Assembly: GCA_963711895.1 (NCBI GenBank)
Contig: CAVQFU010000007.1
Coordinates: 547,827 to 611,826, forward strand
DNA: 64,000 nt
Direction: 5' to 3'
DNA from: an uncultured Acidobacteriota bacterium
GTDB taxonomy: Bacteria; Actinomycetota; Acidimicrobiia; Spongiisociales; ZC4RG35
In this document: piece by piece, positions 1 to 9,456 of the stretch
How positions within the stretch are numbered: the stretch's first letter is position 1
Layout: every line of letters starts with the position of its first letter
Position numbers and translations under genes: made by a program
The notes under the pieces: generated by a model
Seen by the model: the letters and a program-made list of their open reading frames with translations, nothing else
What the model was told of the DNA's origin: nothing
The model's database searches: none

Positions 1-14
1 CCGAGCGGCTCAAG

Positions 15-1109
15 ATGAACAACCGCACCGCCACGGCGCTGCTCGTGATGGCCGTGGTCCTGATTGTGATCGGGCTGGGCGCCACGCAGTCTGCTTCTTC
101 CGCGGTCGCAATCGACCAGTCCGAGGACCGGTTCTATTTCTTCAAGAGACAGCTGCTCGGAGTCGGGATCGGGACCGTGGCGCTCCTCGTCACGAGCCGG
201 ATCCCATACCGCGTCTATCGCAGGCTCGCCCTGCCCGGCTTCTTCGTCACCGTGGGGCTGCTCATCGCAGTGCTGGCGGTGGGACCGGTCATCGGTGGCT
301 CGCAGCGTTGGCTGCCGATCGCAGGTTTCAGCTTTCAGCCCTCGGAGGTGGCCAAGGTCGCGATCGTCCTCGTCCTGGCCCATCTCTTCGAGAAGAAGCA
401 CCGGCTCCTCGCTCGATTCGGCCATTTCCTGGTCCCGGTCGTGTTCACGGTGGGCGTACTCGGCGGCCTCGTGATGCTCCAGCCCGACCTCGGTACGACG
501 ATCATCATCGGCGCCGCGGCGATGGCGGTGATCATGGCCAGCGACACTCCGCTTCGGTATGTGCTCGTCCTCACCGTCCTGGTTGTCCTCGCCGCCTGGG
601 TCCTCGCGTTCGGCGACGAGTACAGGGTCGACCGCATCGTCGGGTTCCTCGACCCCTGGGGAAACGCCAGTGGAGAGGGCTATCAGTTGATCCAGGGCTA
701 CTACGCCCTGTCCAACGGCGGTCTCTTCGGGGTGGGACTGGGCGCCAGCCGTGCCCGCTGGTTCTATCTGCCCAATGCCCACACCGACTTCATCTTCGCC
801 ATCATCGGGGAGGAGACGGGTCTCATCGGGGGCCTGACAGTCATCGGTCTCTACATAGTCCTCGCGCTGGCAGGCTGGCTGGTCGCAGTCAGGGCCCCGG
901 ACCGGTTCGGCAGGATGGTGGCGGCAGGTCTCACCGCCTGGCTCACATTTCAGGCCATCGTCAACATCGGGGGCGTCCTCGGCGTCATGCCGATCACCGG
1001 AATCTCGCTCCCGTTCGTCTCATTCGGGAGCACATCCCTGATCGTGTGTATGGCGTCCCTCGGGATCCTCGTCAACATCGCCCAGGCAGGGGTGCAGCCC
1101 AAGACATGA
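15..1109 (+). CDS. ftsW: SEDS-family cell-division protein FtsW
   Basis: Track ORF 15..1109. It is a polytopic membrane protein with the FtsW/RodA signature LPNAHTDFIFAIIGEETGLIGG. It lies directly upstream of murG with an ATGA stop/start overlap. The true start could lie upstream of the window edge. Confidence 0.85.
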   Translation: MNNRTATALLVMAVVLIVIGLGATQSASSAVAIDQSEDRFYFFKRQLLGVGIGTVALLVTSRIPYRVYRRLALPGFFVTVGLLIAVLAVGPVIGGSQRWLPIAGFSFQPSEVAKVAIVLVLAHLFEKKHRLLARFGHFLVPVVFTVGVLGGLVMLQPDLGTTIIIGAAAMAVIMASDTPLRYVLVLTVLVVLAAWVLAFGDEYRVDRIVGFLDPWGNASGEGYQLIQGYYALSNGGLFGVGLGASRARWFYLPNAHTDFIFAIIGEETGLIGGLTVIGLYIVLALAGWLVAVRAPDRFGRMVAAGLTAWLTFQAIVNIGGVLGVMPITGISLPFVSFGSTSLIVCMASLGILVNIAQAGVQPKT

Positions 1110-2179
1110 CCTTTCTCATCGCCGCAGCCGGCACCGGTGGCCACGTGTTCCCTGGGCTGGCCGTCGGCGAGGCTCTGATGGCACGTGGGGCTCCCCAGGA
1201 GTCGATCCTCTATGTCGGCGGCGACCGCCTGGAGAAGTCTGTCTACCCCGACGCGGGGTTTGCGTTCCTCGAGGTCGAGGTGAGAGGGCTGCAACGATCG
1301 ATGACCATGCGGAACCTGAGCCTGCCGCGTGTGGTCTGGCGGGCCCGTGACGCCATCAAGGCCGCCATCGTCGAGAGAGAGGTGAACGTGGTGCTCGGGA
1401 TGGGGGGCTATGTGACCATCCCGGCGGCCCTGGCCGTCCGGAGTTCCGGGTCCGGCCTGCTCATCGCCGAGCAGAACGCGGGCGGGGGTTTGGCCAACCG
1501 TGTCGCCTCGCGCTGGGCAACACGCACCTTCACCTCCTTCCCCCACACGGAGGGCCTGGAGAGAGGGGAATGGGTCGGCAACCCTGTCCGTCGGGCGCTG
1601 TCGAGTTTGAACCGGGAGGGGACCAGACCGGAGGCTCTTGCCCACTACGGCCTCGACCCGGGATACCCCGTGCTCGGGGCGGTCGGCGGCTCGCTGGGTG
1701 CGGGTGTGATCAATGCCGCCGTGGAGGATCTGGTCACGAGCTGGGAATGGAGCCGGATCCAGGTCTTGCATCTCACGGGGGAGGGAAAGGTCAGCACCGA
1801 GGGGAGCCCTTCCGACGCCGTCCACTGGGTGCAGCGGTCGTTCGAGGAGAGGATGGAGCTGTTCTATTCCGCCAGTGATCTGGTTGTGGCCAGGGCCGGT
1901 GGCGGGGTGGCCGAGCTGACCGTGACATCAACTCCATCGATCCTCATCCCGGGCGAGTTCGGCTCGTCGGGTCATCAGGCCGCCAACGCTGCCTTCCTGA
2001 GGGAGGCCGGGGCATCGGAGGTCCTCACCCAGGAGCATCTCGACAGGCTTCCTGTCCTCGTGTCGGAGATCCTGCTGTCGCCGGAGAGGCTCGAAGCGAT
2101 GAGGATTGGCGCCAGGAGCATCGCCAAGCCGGACGCAGCGATGACAATCGCCGAAGCGATGCAGGAGTTGGCGCGATGA
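1106..2179 (+). CDS. murG: MurG, UDP-GlcNAc:lipid I GlcNAc transferase
   Basis: ATG at 1106 inside the long 308..2179 frame; the upstream part of that frame is out-of-frame overlap with ftsW. The N-terminus MTFLIAAAGTGGHVFPGLAV carries the MurG glycine loop. The C-terminal half has a GT28-like pattern (ARAGGGVAELT, SGHQAANA). ATGA overlaps with both neighbouring genes. Confidence 0.9.
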   Translation: MTFLIAAAGTGGHVFPGLAVGEALMARGAPQESILYVGGDRLEKSVYPDAGFAFLEVEVRGLQRSMTMRNLSLPRVVWRARDAIKAAIVEREVNVVLGMGGYVTIPAALAVRSSGSGLLIAEQNAGGGLANRVASRWATRTFTSFPHTEGLERGEWVGNPVRRALSSLNREGTRPEALAHYGLDPGYPVLGAVGGSLGAGVINAAVEDLVTSWEWSRIQVLHLTGEGKVSTEGSPSDAVHWVQRSFEERMELFYSASDLVVARAGGGVAELTVTSTPSILIPGEFGSSGHQAANAAFLREAGASEVLTQEHLDRLPVLVSEILLSPERLEAMRIGARSIAKPDAAMTIAEAMQELAR

Positions 2180-3533
2180 GATTGGACTATCGACGCATCC
2201 ACCTGGTCGGAGCGGGCGGCGCCGGTATGAGCGCGATCGCCAAGGTGCTGGCCGGCATGGGTCATGTGGTGTCAGGATCGGACCAGCGAGGCGGGTCGAC
2301 CCTGGACAGGTTGGAGGACTTCGGCATCGCCACCCACACGGGTCATCACCCGGAGGTGGCCGAGCAGCCGACCTGGTGGTCGCCTCGTCGGCCGTGCCCG
2401 ATCAGGATCCCGAGCTGCTCGCCGCCACGGAGGCCGGGGTGCCGGTGTGGCGTCGCCCCGATCTACTCGCCGCTCTCACCGAGGGGATCACCACCATCGG
2501 GGCCACCGGCACACACGGGAAGACGACGACGACCGCGCTTCTGGTCTCGGCGTTGAAGGCCTTGGGCGAGGATCCGAGCTTCATCGTCGGCGGAGACCTC
2601 GCTGATTGGAACACCAACGGCCATTTCGGCGAGACACCCCTGCTCGTGGTCGAAGCTGATGAGGCATTTCGCACGTTTGAGAGGCTGCGACTCGCCGGAC
2701 TGATCGTGACCAATGTCGAGTCGGAGCACATGGAGCATTTCGGGACCGAATCGGATCTGGAGGAAGCGTTCGTGACCGTGGCCGAGAGCGTCGACGGGCC
2801 TGTGGTCGTCTGCGCCGACGATCCCGGCTCTCGCGAGGTCGGTCGCCGCACCGGGGCCATCACCTACGGCCTGGACCCGGCGTCGGACTGGCGGATCATC
2901 GATCTGACCAGGCACGACGGAGGGACCCGGTTCGAGCTCGTCGGGCCCTCGGCACGCTCCCATGTCAGTCTCGGGCGGCCCGGCACCCATGTAGCACTAA
3001 ATGCAGCAGGTGCGCTCGCCTTGCTCGGGTCGATGGGACGCGATATCGCCGCAGCCGCCCTTGGCCTGGCCTCGTTCCGGGGTGTCGGCCGGCGATGGGA
3101 ACACCGGGGCACGGTCGCGGGTGTCACCCTGGTCGACGATTACGCCCATCATCCCACCGAGGTGCTGGCCACGGTCGAAGTGGGAAGAGACTTGGCGAAG
3201 GGGAGGCTTTGGGCCGTCTTCCAGCCACACCTCTACAGCAGGACGGAGCGATTTCACGAAGAATTCGGCGCCGCGCTCAGCGGGGCGGACGAGGTCGTCA
3301 TTACCGATGTATACGGGTCGCGGGAGGAGCCGGTCCCCGGTGTCACCGGCGCCTTGGTCGTCGAGGCGGCACGTCGGCACGGCGCCAGTGCCCAATACGT
3401 TCCCCACCGGCGCGATCTCGCCGACTTCCTGGCGGAGCGTGTCGCAGAAGGGGACCTGGTGCTGACCATGGGAGCCGGAGACATCACCCTCGTGCCTACA
3501 GAGCTCGCCATCCGCCTGGCGGAGCGATCGTGA
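2176..3533 (+). CDS. murC: MurC, UDP-N-acetylmuramate--L-alanine ligase; frameshifted as assembled (near 2369)
   Basis: The N-terminal Rossmann segment HLVGAGGAGMSAIAKVLAGMGHVVSGSD is in the frame of ORF 2176..2556. The ATP-binding GTHGKTTTT motif and the rest are in ORF 2376..3533. The protein reads continuously (...HHPEVAEQ / DLVVASSAVPDQDPEL...) only if a net -1 indel is assumed near 2369. Confidence 0.85.
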
Positions 3534-4435
3534 CCTCGCTCGATTCACTCATCTCCTCCGGGATGATCCGCCTGGGAGTGCCCCTTGGGCCCTACACCAC
3601 CTACAAGTCGGGTGGTCCCGCCCGTTACCTGGCCGAGATTGCCGACACCGAAGCACTCGACGATCTGATCGCCTCGGGGCTGATCGCCGACATGCCGGTC
3701 CTCGTCCTGGGTCGAGGCTCAAATCTGGTTGTCGCCGATTCCGGGTTCGACGGCCTGGTGATCCGTCTCGGACCATCCTTCGGCGTCGTAGACGTCGACG
3801 GGACCGCGGTGCGCGCCGGCGGCGCCGCGCCACTGGCCCAGGTGGCACGCAGCAGCGTCGACGCCGCCCTGACCGGGCTCGAGTTCTTCATCGGCGTCCC
3901 CGGGTCGGTCGGGGGAGCGGTCCGGCAGAACGCGGGATGCTTCGGGACCGAAACCCGCGACCGTCTCATCCAGGCGTCGATCGTCGATCTGACCGACGGC
4001 AACGGGAGCACCTTTGGCCCGGACGATTTGGACATGTCTTACCGGCACTCGAATGTCACCTCGACCCGGGTGGTGGTGAGCGCAACCTTTCAGGGGTCGC
4101 CCGGTGACAGCGACACCGGCCGTGCCGAACTTCGCCGGATCACACGATGGCGCCGTGACAACCAGCCGGGGGGGACGTTCAACGCCGGCAGCGTCTTCAA
4201 GAACCCGCCTGGGGCTACTGCCGGGGAGATAATCGACTCCCTCGGGCTCAAGGGGATGAGGGCCGGGGATGTGGCCGTGTCGGATAAGCACGCCAATTTC
4301 TTCGTGGCCGGGTCATCCGCCACTTCTGAGGACATCCGGAAGCTGGTGGTCGCGGTCAAAGACCGTGTTTTCGAGGAGACCGGCACCATGCTGGAGTCGG
4401 AGATCCAGTTCGTCGGATTCGATGATGAGAATTGA
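3530..4435 (+). CDS. murB: MurB, UDP-N-acetylenolpyruvoylglucosamine reductase
   Basis: GTG at 3530 in the 3095..4435 frame, forming a GTGA overlap with the murC stop. FAD-binding and MurB motifs are present: VLGRGSNLVV, GGAVRQNAGCFG, SYRHS, GSVFKNP. Confidence 0.85.
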   Translation: MTSLDSLISSGMIRLGVPLGPYTTYKSGGPARYLAEIADTEALDDLIASGLIADMPVLVLGRGSNLVVADSGFDGLVIRLGPSFGVVDVDGTAVRAGGAAPLAQVARSSVDAALTGLEFFIGVPGSVGGAVRQNAGCFGTETRDRLIQASIVDLTDGNGSTFGPDDLDMSYRHSNVTSTRVVVSATFQGSPGDSDTGRAELRRITRWRRDNQPGGTFNAGSVFKNPPGATAGEIIDSLGLKGMRAGDVAVSDKHANFFVAGSSATSEDIRKLVVAVKDRVFEETGTMLESEIQFVGFDDEN

Positions 4436-5165
4436 CCCACGACTAGCCGAGCGACGGCGGGAAGTCGCTGAGGACCGGGCGCGACGCAAGGTCAGCCGCC
4501 TCGTCAAGTTCCTCGTGGCCTTTGGGCTGGCCGGGGCGATCGTTTGGCTCTTTCTGTCGCCTTTGCTCAGCGTCGCCACCGTGACGACATCGGGGATAGC
4601 GGCCAGCTCGGCCCAGGCGGAGATCGTCGAGCAGGGTGTGGTTGCGGGAACTCCACTCATCTTGATTCGCACGGGGAAGGTGGAGAGCGCCCTCGAGTCC
4701 GACCCATGGGTCCGCGAGTCGGTGGTCGAGCTCGATTGGCCCACCGGTGTCGTCGTGCGAGTCCAGGAGAGGATCCCTGTTGCCTGGCTGCAGACCACCG
4801 AGGGATGGGGGCTGTTCGCTGTCGACGGCGTCCAACTCGGCACCGCACCAGACCCCGACCCGGAAATGCCGTGGATCCAATTGGGGGACATCCCCGCCGA
4901 TGAGACCACGTCCTCTCGCGATGTGCTCGGATCGCTCGAATTCGTGGCCACATTGCCCGAAGAGCTGAAGGCCACGGCCAGGGTGCGCACCGAGCCCGGG
5001 GGAGAGATCTGGGCCGAAGTGGCCGGGTTCCAGGTGAGACTCGGGCGGGCGGTCGAGATGTCCGCCAAGGCACTGAGTCTTGCCGCGCTGCTCCGTGAGC
5101 AGCCTGCCGCGGGCTCGACCTTGACCCTCATCGCACCGACACATCCCGCCGTCTCACCACCGTGA
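4422..5165 (+). CDS. ftsQ: FtsQ/DivIB-type cell-division protein
   Basis: ATG ATG at 4422 overlaps the murB end. The product has a basic N-terminus, a single TM helix (LVKFLVAFGLAGAIVWLFLSPLL) and a POTRA-like extracytoplasmic domain. It sits between murB and ftsZ. Confidence 0.75.
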   Translation: MMRIDPRLAERRREVAEDRARRKVSRLVKFLVAFGLAGAIVWLFLSPLLSVATVTTSGIAASSAQAEIVEQGVVAGTPLILIRTGKVESALESDPWVRESVVELDWPTGVVVRVQERIPVAWLQTTEGWGLFAVDGVQLGTAPDPDPEMPWIQLGDIPADETTSSRDVLGSLEFVATLPEELKATARVRTEPGGEIWAEVAGFQVRLGRAVEMSAKALSLAALLREQPAAGSTLTLIAPTHPAVSPP

Positions 5166-5282
5166 GTCGGGAGGTGCCCATGTATAGACGTCTAGTTGAA
5201 GGTTAGGGATTGTGTCTTTACTAACCAGTTCGCGAACGGTAAACCTCTACTTTAGCTTCCGATATCCACTGGAGGAATTGTC
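5166..5282 (+). promoter_or_regulatory. ftsZ upstream untranslated/promoter region
   Basis: 117-nt noncoding gap, visibly lower in GC than its surroundings. A GGAGGA Shine-Dalgarno sits 6 nt before the GTG start of ftsZ. Promoter elements are not resolved. Confidence 0.35.
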
Positions 5283-6332
5283 GTGAACTCGTCGAGCGGC
5301 GGCTACTTGGCCGTCATCAAAGTCGTAGGGATCGGCGGTGGCGGCGTCAACGCCGTCAATCGCATGGTCGAAGCGGGCATACGCGGTGTCGAGTTCATCG
5401 CGTTGAACACCGATGCCCAGGCACTGCTCATGAGCGATGCCGATGTCAAGCTCGACATCGGACGCGAGGTGACCAGGGGTCTGGGCGCCGGCGCCAACCC
5501 GGAGATCGGCCGTGCGGCCGCCGAAGAGCACAAGGCAGAGCTCGAGGATGTCCTCAAGGGCTCCGACATGATCTTCATCACGGCGGGCGAGGGTGGTGGC
5601 ACCGGCACCGGTGGCGCCCCGGTCGTGGCCGAGGTCGCCCGCTCCGTGGGCGCTCTCACCGTTGGTGTGGTCACCAGGCCTTTCGGTTTCGAGGGGAGAC
5701 GTCGGGCGGTTCATGCCGAACAGGGCATCGACGACCTGAAGGATGCGGTCGACACGCTGATCGTGATTCCCAACGACAGACTGCTCGAGGTCGGGGATCC
5801 CGAAGCTCCCATCGCCGAGACCTTCCGGCTGGCCGACGAGGTCCTCATGAGCGGTGTCGCCGGCATCACCGACCTGATCACGACCCCCGGGCTGATCAAT
5901 GTCGACTTCGCCGACGTGCGGACAATCATGTCGGACGCCGGCTCGGCGGTGATGGGCATCGGCCGGGCAACCGGTGAGAACCGCGCCAAGCAGGCCGCCG
6001 AGCGCGCCATCTCCAGCCCGATGTTGGAGACCTCGATGGAAGGGGCCAAGGGTGTGCTCCTCTCCGTGTCGGGCCCATCCTCGATGACTCTTCACGAAGC
6101 GACCGAAGCCGCCCGGGTCGTCGCCGATCACGCGGACACCGAGGCCGACATCATCTTCGGGGCGATCGTCGACGACGATCTCGGTGAGGAGATGAAGGTG
6201 ACCGTGATCGCTGCCGGATTCGAACGGAAACGCCAGGGCAGGCCAGCCACATCACGGCCATCGACCCGTTCCTACTCCGGCTTCGATGAGGGGGACGACG
6301 TCCTCGACATCCCAACCTTCGTTCAGGGATGA
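5283..6332 (+). CDS. ftsZ: FtsZ tubulin-like division GTPase
   Basis: [15 protein letters not shown] and the tubulin signature [13 protein letters not shown], followed by the variable C-terminal linker and a conserved C-terminal peptide ([10 protein letters not shown]). Confidence 0.95.
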   Translation: MNSSSGGYLAVIKVVGIGGGGVNAVNRMVEAGIRGVEFIALNTDAQALLMSDADVKLDIGREVTRGLGAGANPEIGRAAAEEHKAELEDVLKGSDMIFITAGEGGGTGTGGAPVVAEVARSVGALTVGVVTRPFGFEGRRRAVHAEQGIDDLKDAVDTLIVIPNDRLLEVGDPEAPIAETFRLADEVLMSGVAGITDLITTPGLINVDFADVRTIMSDAGSAVMGIGRATGENRAKQAAERAISSPMLETSMEGAKGVLLSVSGPSSMTLHEATEAARVVADHADTEADIIFGAIVDDDLGEEMKVTVIAAGFERKRQGRPATSRPSTRSYSGFDEGDDVLDIPTFVQG

Positions 6333-6952
6333 ACCGGCCCCCCGGTGTCGACGGGGCGGCCTTCACCGATGCAACCGACGGAGACCAGCGCAACGACCTG
6401 ACGGCGCGATCGGCGGTCTCGTCCTGGCTGGGGATCTCACGTGATTGGGCCACCCTCAGGCAGGTCCACGGGGCTTCTCTGACCCGGGCGAAAGCACCAG
6501 GGGAGCTGGACGAGGCGGATGCCATGTGGAGCGACGTGCCCGGCCTCCCAATCGCAGTGTTCACCGCCGACTGCTTCGGTGTCGTGCTCAGGTCCGAGTC
6601 TGCGGTGGGAGTCGCCCACGCCGGATGGCGCGGAGCAGCCAGCAATGTCGTCGTTGTGCTCCGTGAGGAGATGACCCGCAACGGCCATGAGCCCCGGTCC
6701 GCCGCGATCGGGCCCGGAATCGGCCCGTGTTGCTTCGAGGTCGGACCAGAAGTCGCGGCACGCTTCCCTGAGGACGTGACCGAGACCGGGTGGGGCGCCA
6801 CCTCGGTGGACCTGGCCTCGGCACTGAGGAGGCAACTCGACGGGCTGGCGATATGGGTTTCGGGCGTCTGCACCATGCACGAGATGACCTTCTACAGCCA
6901 TCGTCGGAGTCGGACCGCCCTCCGCAACGCCACCATCGCCTGGGTGCCATGA
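6329..6952 (+). CDS. pgeF: PgeF/YfiH family (DUF152, laccase-domain) peptidoglycan editing factor
   Basis: ATGA overlap with ftsZ. Family motifs are [32 protein letters not shown] and a terminal CT....FYSHRR. This is the conserved position after ftsZ in Gram-positive bacteria. Confidence 0.8.
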   Translation: MNRPPGVDGAAFTDATDGDQRNDLTARSAVSSWLGISRDWATLRQVHGASLTRAKAPGELDEADAMWSDVPGLPIAVFTADCFGVVLRSESAVGVAHAGWRGAASNVVVVLREEMTRNGHEPRSAAIGPGIGPCCFEVGPEVAARFPEDVTETGWGATSVDLASALRRQLDGLAIWVSGVCTMHEMTFYSHRRSRTALRNATIAWVP

Positions 6953-7611
6953 GTTACGAAGACGTCGTCACGCGGATGACCGCGGCGGCGGAACGCGTCG
7001 GCCGGGATGCATCCTCAATCACCCTGGTGGCGGTGTCGAAGGCGAAATCGGTGACCGAGATCGAGACGATCTACGAATTGGGCCATCGCGACTTCGGCGA
7101 GAACCGGGCGCAGGAAATGGCGGAGAAGGCAGCGAGGCTGCCTGATGACATCCGCTGGCATTTCGTGGGTGGTTTGCAGACGAACAAGGCCCGGCTCATC
7201 CGGCCCATCACCCATCTACTCCATTCGATGGACAGGGCGTCACTCGCCGGGGCGTGGGCGAAGGGAAGTGGTGTGCCCCCACCCGTTCTGTTGCAGGTCA
7301 ACACCGGGCACGAGCTTCAGAAATCGGGAGTGGAGCCAGGCGACGCCCGATCCACGCTCGGCGAGGTCCTGTCTCTCGGGCTGAAGGTCCGCGGGTTGAT
7401 GGCGATCCCCCCGGTCACCGAAGACCCCGAGGCCCAGCGCCCTCATTTCGCCATGTTGCAAGAGATGCGATCCGAGCTGGCCGGCGAGTACCCCGAGATA
7501 GTCGAGCTCTCCATGGGGATGACCGACGACTTCGAGGTGGCGATCGAGGAAGGCTCCTCAATTATCCGCGTAGGACGGGCTATCTTTGGTGAACGCACCC
7601 TGACGGAGTGA
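6949..7611 (+). CDS. yggS: YggS/YlmE PLP-homeostasis protein
   Basis: ATG at 6949 (ATGA overlap with the previous gene) in the 6790..7611 frame. Motifs are LVAVSKAKS (PLP lysine), FGENRAQE, WHFVGGLQTNK and SMGMTDDF..AIEEGS..IRVGRAIFG. Confidence 0.85.
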   Translation: MSYEDVVTRMTAAAERVGRDASSITLVAVSKAKSVTEIETIYELGHRDFGENRAQEMAEKAARLPDDIRWHFVGGLQTNKARLIRPITHLLHSMDRASLAGAWAKGSGVPPPVLLQVNTGHELQKSGVEPGDARSTLGEVLSLGLKVRGLMAIPPVTEDPEAQRPHFAMLQEMRSELAGEYPEIVELSMGMTDDFEVAIEEGSSIIRVGRAIFGERTLTE

Positions 7612-7612
7612 T

Positions 7613-8146
7613 ATGTCGTCACTGTTCTCCAAAGCTCTCGTTTACCTGGGATTGGTCGACGAGGACCAGATGGATTCCGAGACAGCCGATCGCCCGGCGT
7701 CCGGCCCCATCGAAGAGCCGGCGCGGCGTGTCGAGCCGCGGCGGGTGGAGCCATTCCCGCCCAGCCGCCGGGTGGAGCCGCCACCCACGGCCCGTGCCGC
7801 CACCAGACCCCAGGGCCGTGACGGCTCCGAAACCGTCGGAGTGGTGAGAGCTGTCGAGACGCAGTCCGATGTGATCCTGGTCGAGGAGTTCGGCGACGCC
7901 CGGATACTGGCCGATCGCATCCGCGACCGGGTGCCAGTTGTCCTCGATATGCGCCGGGCGGACCACGACTTGGTTCGTCGGGTGGTCGACTTCTCCTCCG
8001 GCCTGATCTACGCCCTCGACGGCTCGATGCGAAAAGTGGGCGATGGGCTCGTGGTCGTCCTTCCGCCGCGAGTCACCTTGAGTCGGGAAGAGAAGCGGCG
8101 CCTGTCCGCGCTGGGGGCCTACGAGCTCGACGACATCGACGACTGA
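7613..8146 (+). CDS. sepF: SepF, FtsZ-interacting division protein
   Basis: N-terminal amphipathic MSSLFSKALVYLGLV, a Pro/Arg-rich linker, and the conserved C-terminal SepF domain (VILVEEFGDARILADRIRDRVPVVLDM...DFSSGLIYALDG). Confidence 0.85.
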   Translation: MSSLFSKALVYLGLVDEDQMDSETADRPASGPIEEPARRVEPRRVEPFPPSRRVEPPPTARAATRPQGRDGSETVGVVRAVETQSDVILVEEFGDARILADRIRDRVPVVLDMRRADHDLVRRVVDFSSGLIYALDGSMRKVGDGLVVVLPPRVTLSREEKRRLSALGAYELDDIDD

Positions 8147-8149
8147 CTT

Positions 8150-8419
8150 GTGAACATCGGCGGCGTCCTGCTCCTGATCCTCCAGATCTACTTCTACGCC
8201 GTCCTGGCGTGGGTGATCCTGTCCTGGATCCCGACTTCCTCGGAGCACCCGCTCGGCAAGGTCAATGTCTTCCTCGATCGGGTCATCTACCCCGTGATCC
8301 TCCCGCTTCGCCGGGTCATCCCTCCGCTTCGTCTCGGCGGTGGGATGCTCGATCTCTCCCCGATAGTGCTCCTCATCGGGATCCAGTTGCTCATGGGTTT
8401 GGTGCGGGGGATCTTCTGA
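8150..8419 (+). CDS. yggT: YggT/YlmG family membrane protein
   Basis: 89-aa two-TM protein (ILQIYFYAVLAWVILSWIP...DLSPIVLLIGIQLL) in the canonical position between sepF and divIVA. GTG start. Confidence 0.8.
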   Translation: MNIGGVLLLILQIYFYAVLAWVILSWIPTSSEHPLGKVNVFLDRVIYPVILPLRRVIPPLRLGGGMLDLSPIVLLIGIQLLMGLVRGIF

Positions 8420-8478
8420 TCCTTGGAGCCGGGCGGCTTCGTTCGTATCCTCACTCCAGAACCAAGGGGTAGATAACA

Positions 8479-9249
8479 ATGGCGATAACACCTGCCGATA
8501 TCGAGAAGAAGACCTTCTCCACCGCGTTGCGGGGTTACGACCTCGACGAGGTCGATGATTTCCTGGACGAGATGGTGGTTGCCGTCCGTGAGCTCGAGGA
8601 GGAGTTGGCCCGCGCCAAGGAGCGGGTAGCGCAGCTCGAGAACGACCCGGAGGCAATGGCCGCACTCGCGGCCGCGCCACCCCCACCCGGGCCCGACGAG
8701 TCGGCGGTCGGACGCGCCCTCATCGCTGCCCAGGCGGCGGCGGACAGGATGCTGGAGGATGCACAAAGCGAAGCGGACAAGATCGTGGGGGACGCCAGGT
8801 CGGAAGCAGACAGCTTCGCACAGGAGCGGGACCGGAAGAAGGCCGAGGTCGATGCCGAGATGGCGGAGATGACGGGTCTCGTTGCCGGTGTCCGCAACCA
8901 GCTCGCGGTTCTCGCCACCACCGTTGCCGACAAGCTCGACGAGATGGATGCGGTTGTGTCCGGCGCCCACAGCAAGGGCTCGACGGAACCCGAGACCGAC
9001 ACCGGGACGGTCGACACCGAGCACGACACGGCCGAAGAGGACTTGGAGGTTGTCGAGACGGACCATGCCGAGGATCAGATCGTCGACGATCACGAGGTCG
9101 GGGAACAGGATGTCGAGGATGGCGATGGTTCGGAGTCGGATGAGGAAGCCGGCCTCGAAGTCGACTTAGAGGATCTCGAATCCGAGGGCGACGAAGCCGG
9201 CTCCTCGGAGATCGAAGGTGGGGACGGCGAGGAGAACCAGGAGATCTGA
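8479..9249 (+). CDS. divIVA: DivIVA/Wag31 polar-growth scaffold
   Basis: Canonical N-terminus MAITPADIEKKTFSTALRGYDLDEVDDFLDEM, then coiled coil, then a long acidic low-complexity tail. Confidence 0.85.
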   Translation: MAITPADIEKKTFSTALRGYDLDEVDDFLDEMVVAVRELEEELARAKERVAQLENDPEAMAALAAAPPPPGPDESAVGRALIAAQAAADRMLEDAQSEADKIVGDARSEADSFAQERDRKKAEVDAEMAEMTGLVAGVRNQLAVLATTVADKLDEMDAVVSGAHSKGSTEPETDTGTVDTEHDTAEEDLEVVETDHAEDQIVDDHEVGEQDVEDGDGSESDEEAGLEVDLEDLESEGDEAGSSEIEGGDGEENQEI

Positions 9250-9456
9250 TCGGGGCCCCGCCCGGCGACCTCGGCTTCTCCTATCGGGCCCGTCGGCCCG
9301 ACGAGATCGTGATCTCACGATATGGCGTGCCGGTGACCACGCTCCGAGGGGAGACTGCCCAACGATTCATGAGCCGCCTTGGCGACAGCGATCCACAACA
9401 GCTCATGGCCCGCTTCACCGGTAACTACAAGCGGGGCATCGAGCGTCGCTGGCCGG

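Noticed and set aside
308-2179. The 623-aa ORF read as an N-terminally extended MurG.
   Set aside because: The first 266 codons overlap ftsW out of frame and are Arg/Pro-rich nonsense. The MurG homology starts exactly at the ATG 1106 that overlaps the ftsW stop.
7670-7810. Tandem RRVEP repeats in the SepF linker, the acidic tail of DivIVA (9000..9249) and the acidic N-terminal extension of S1 (34768..34990).
   Set aside because: These are low-complexity linkers and tails of the kind common in high-GC actinobacterial orthologues. There is no evidence of separate function.
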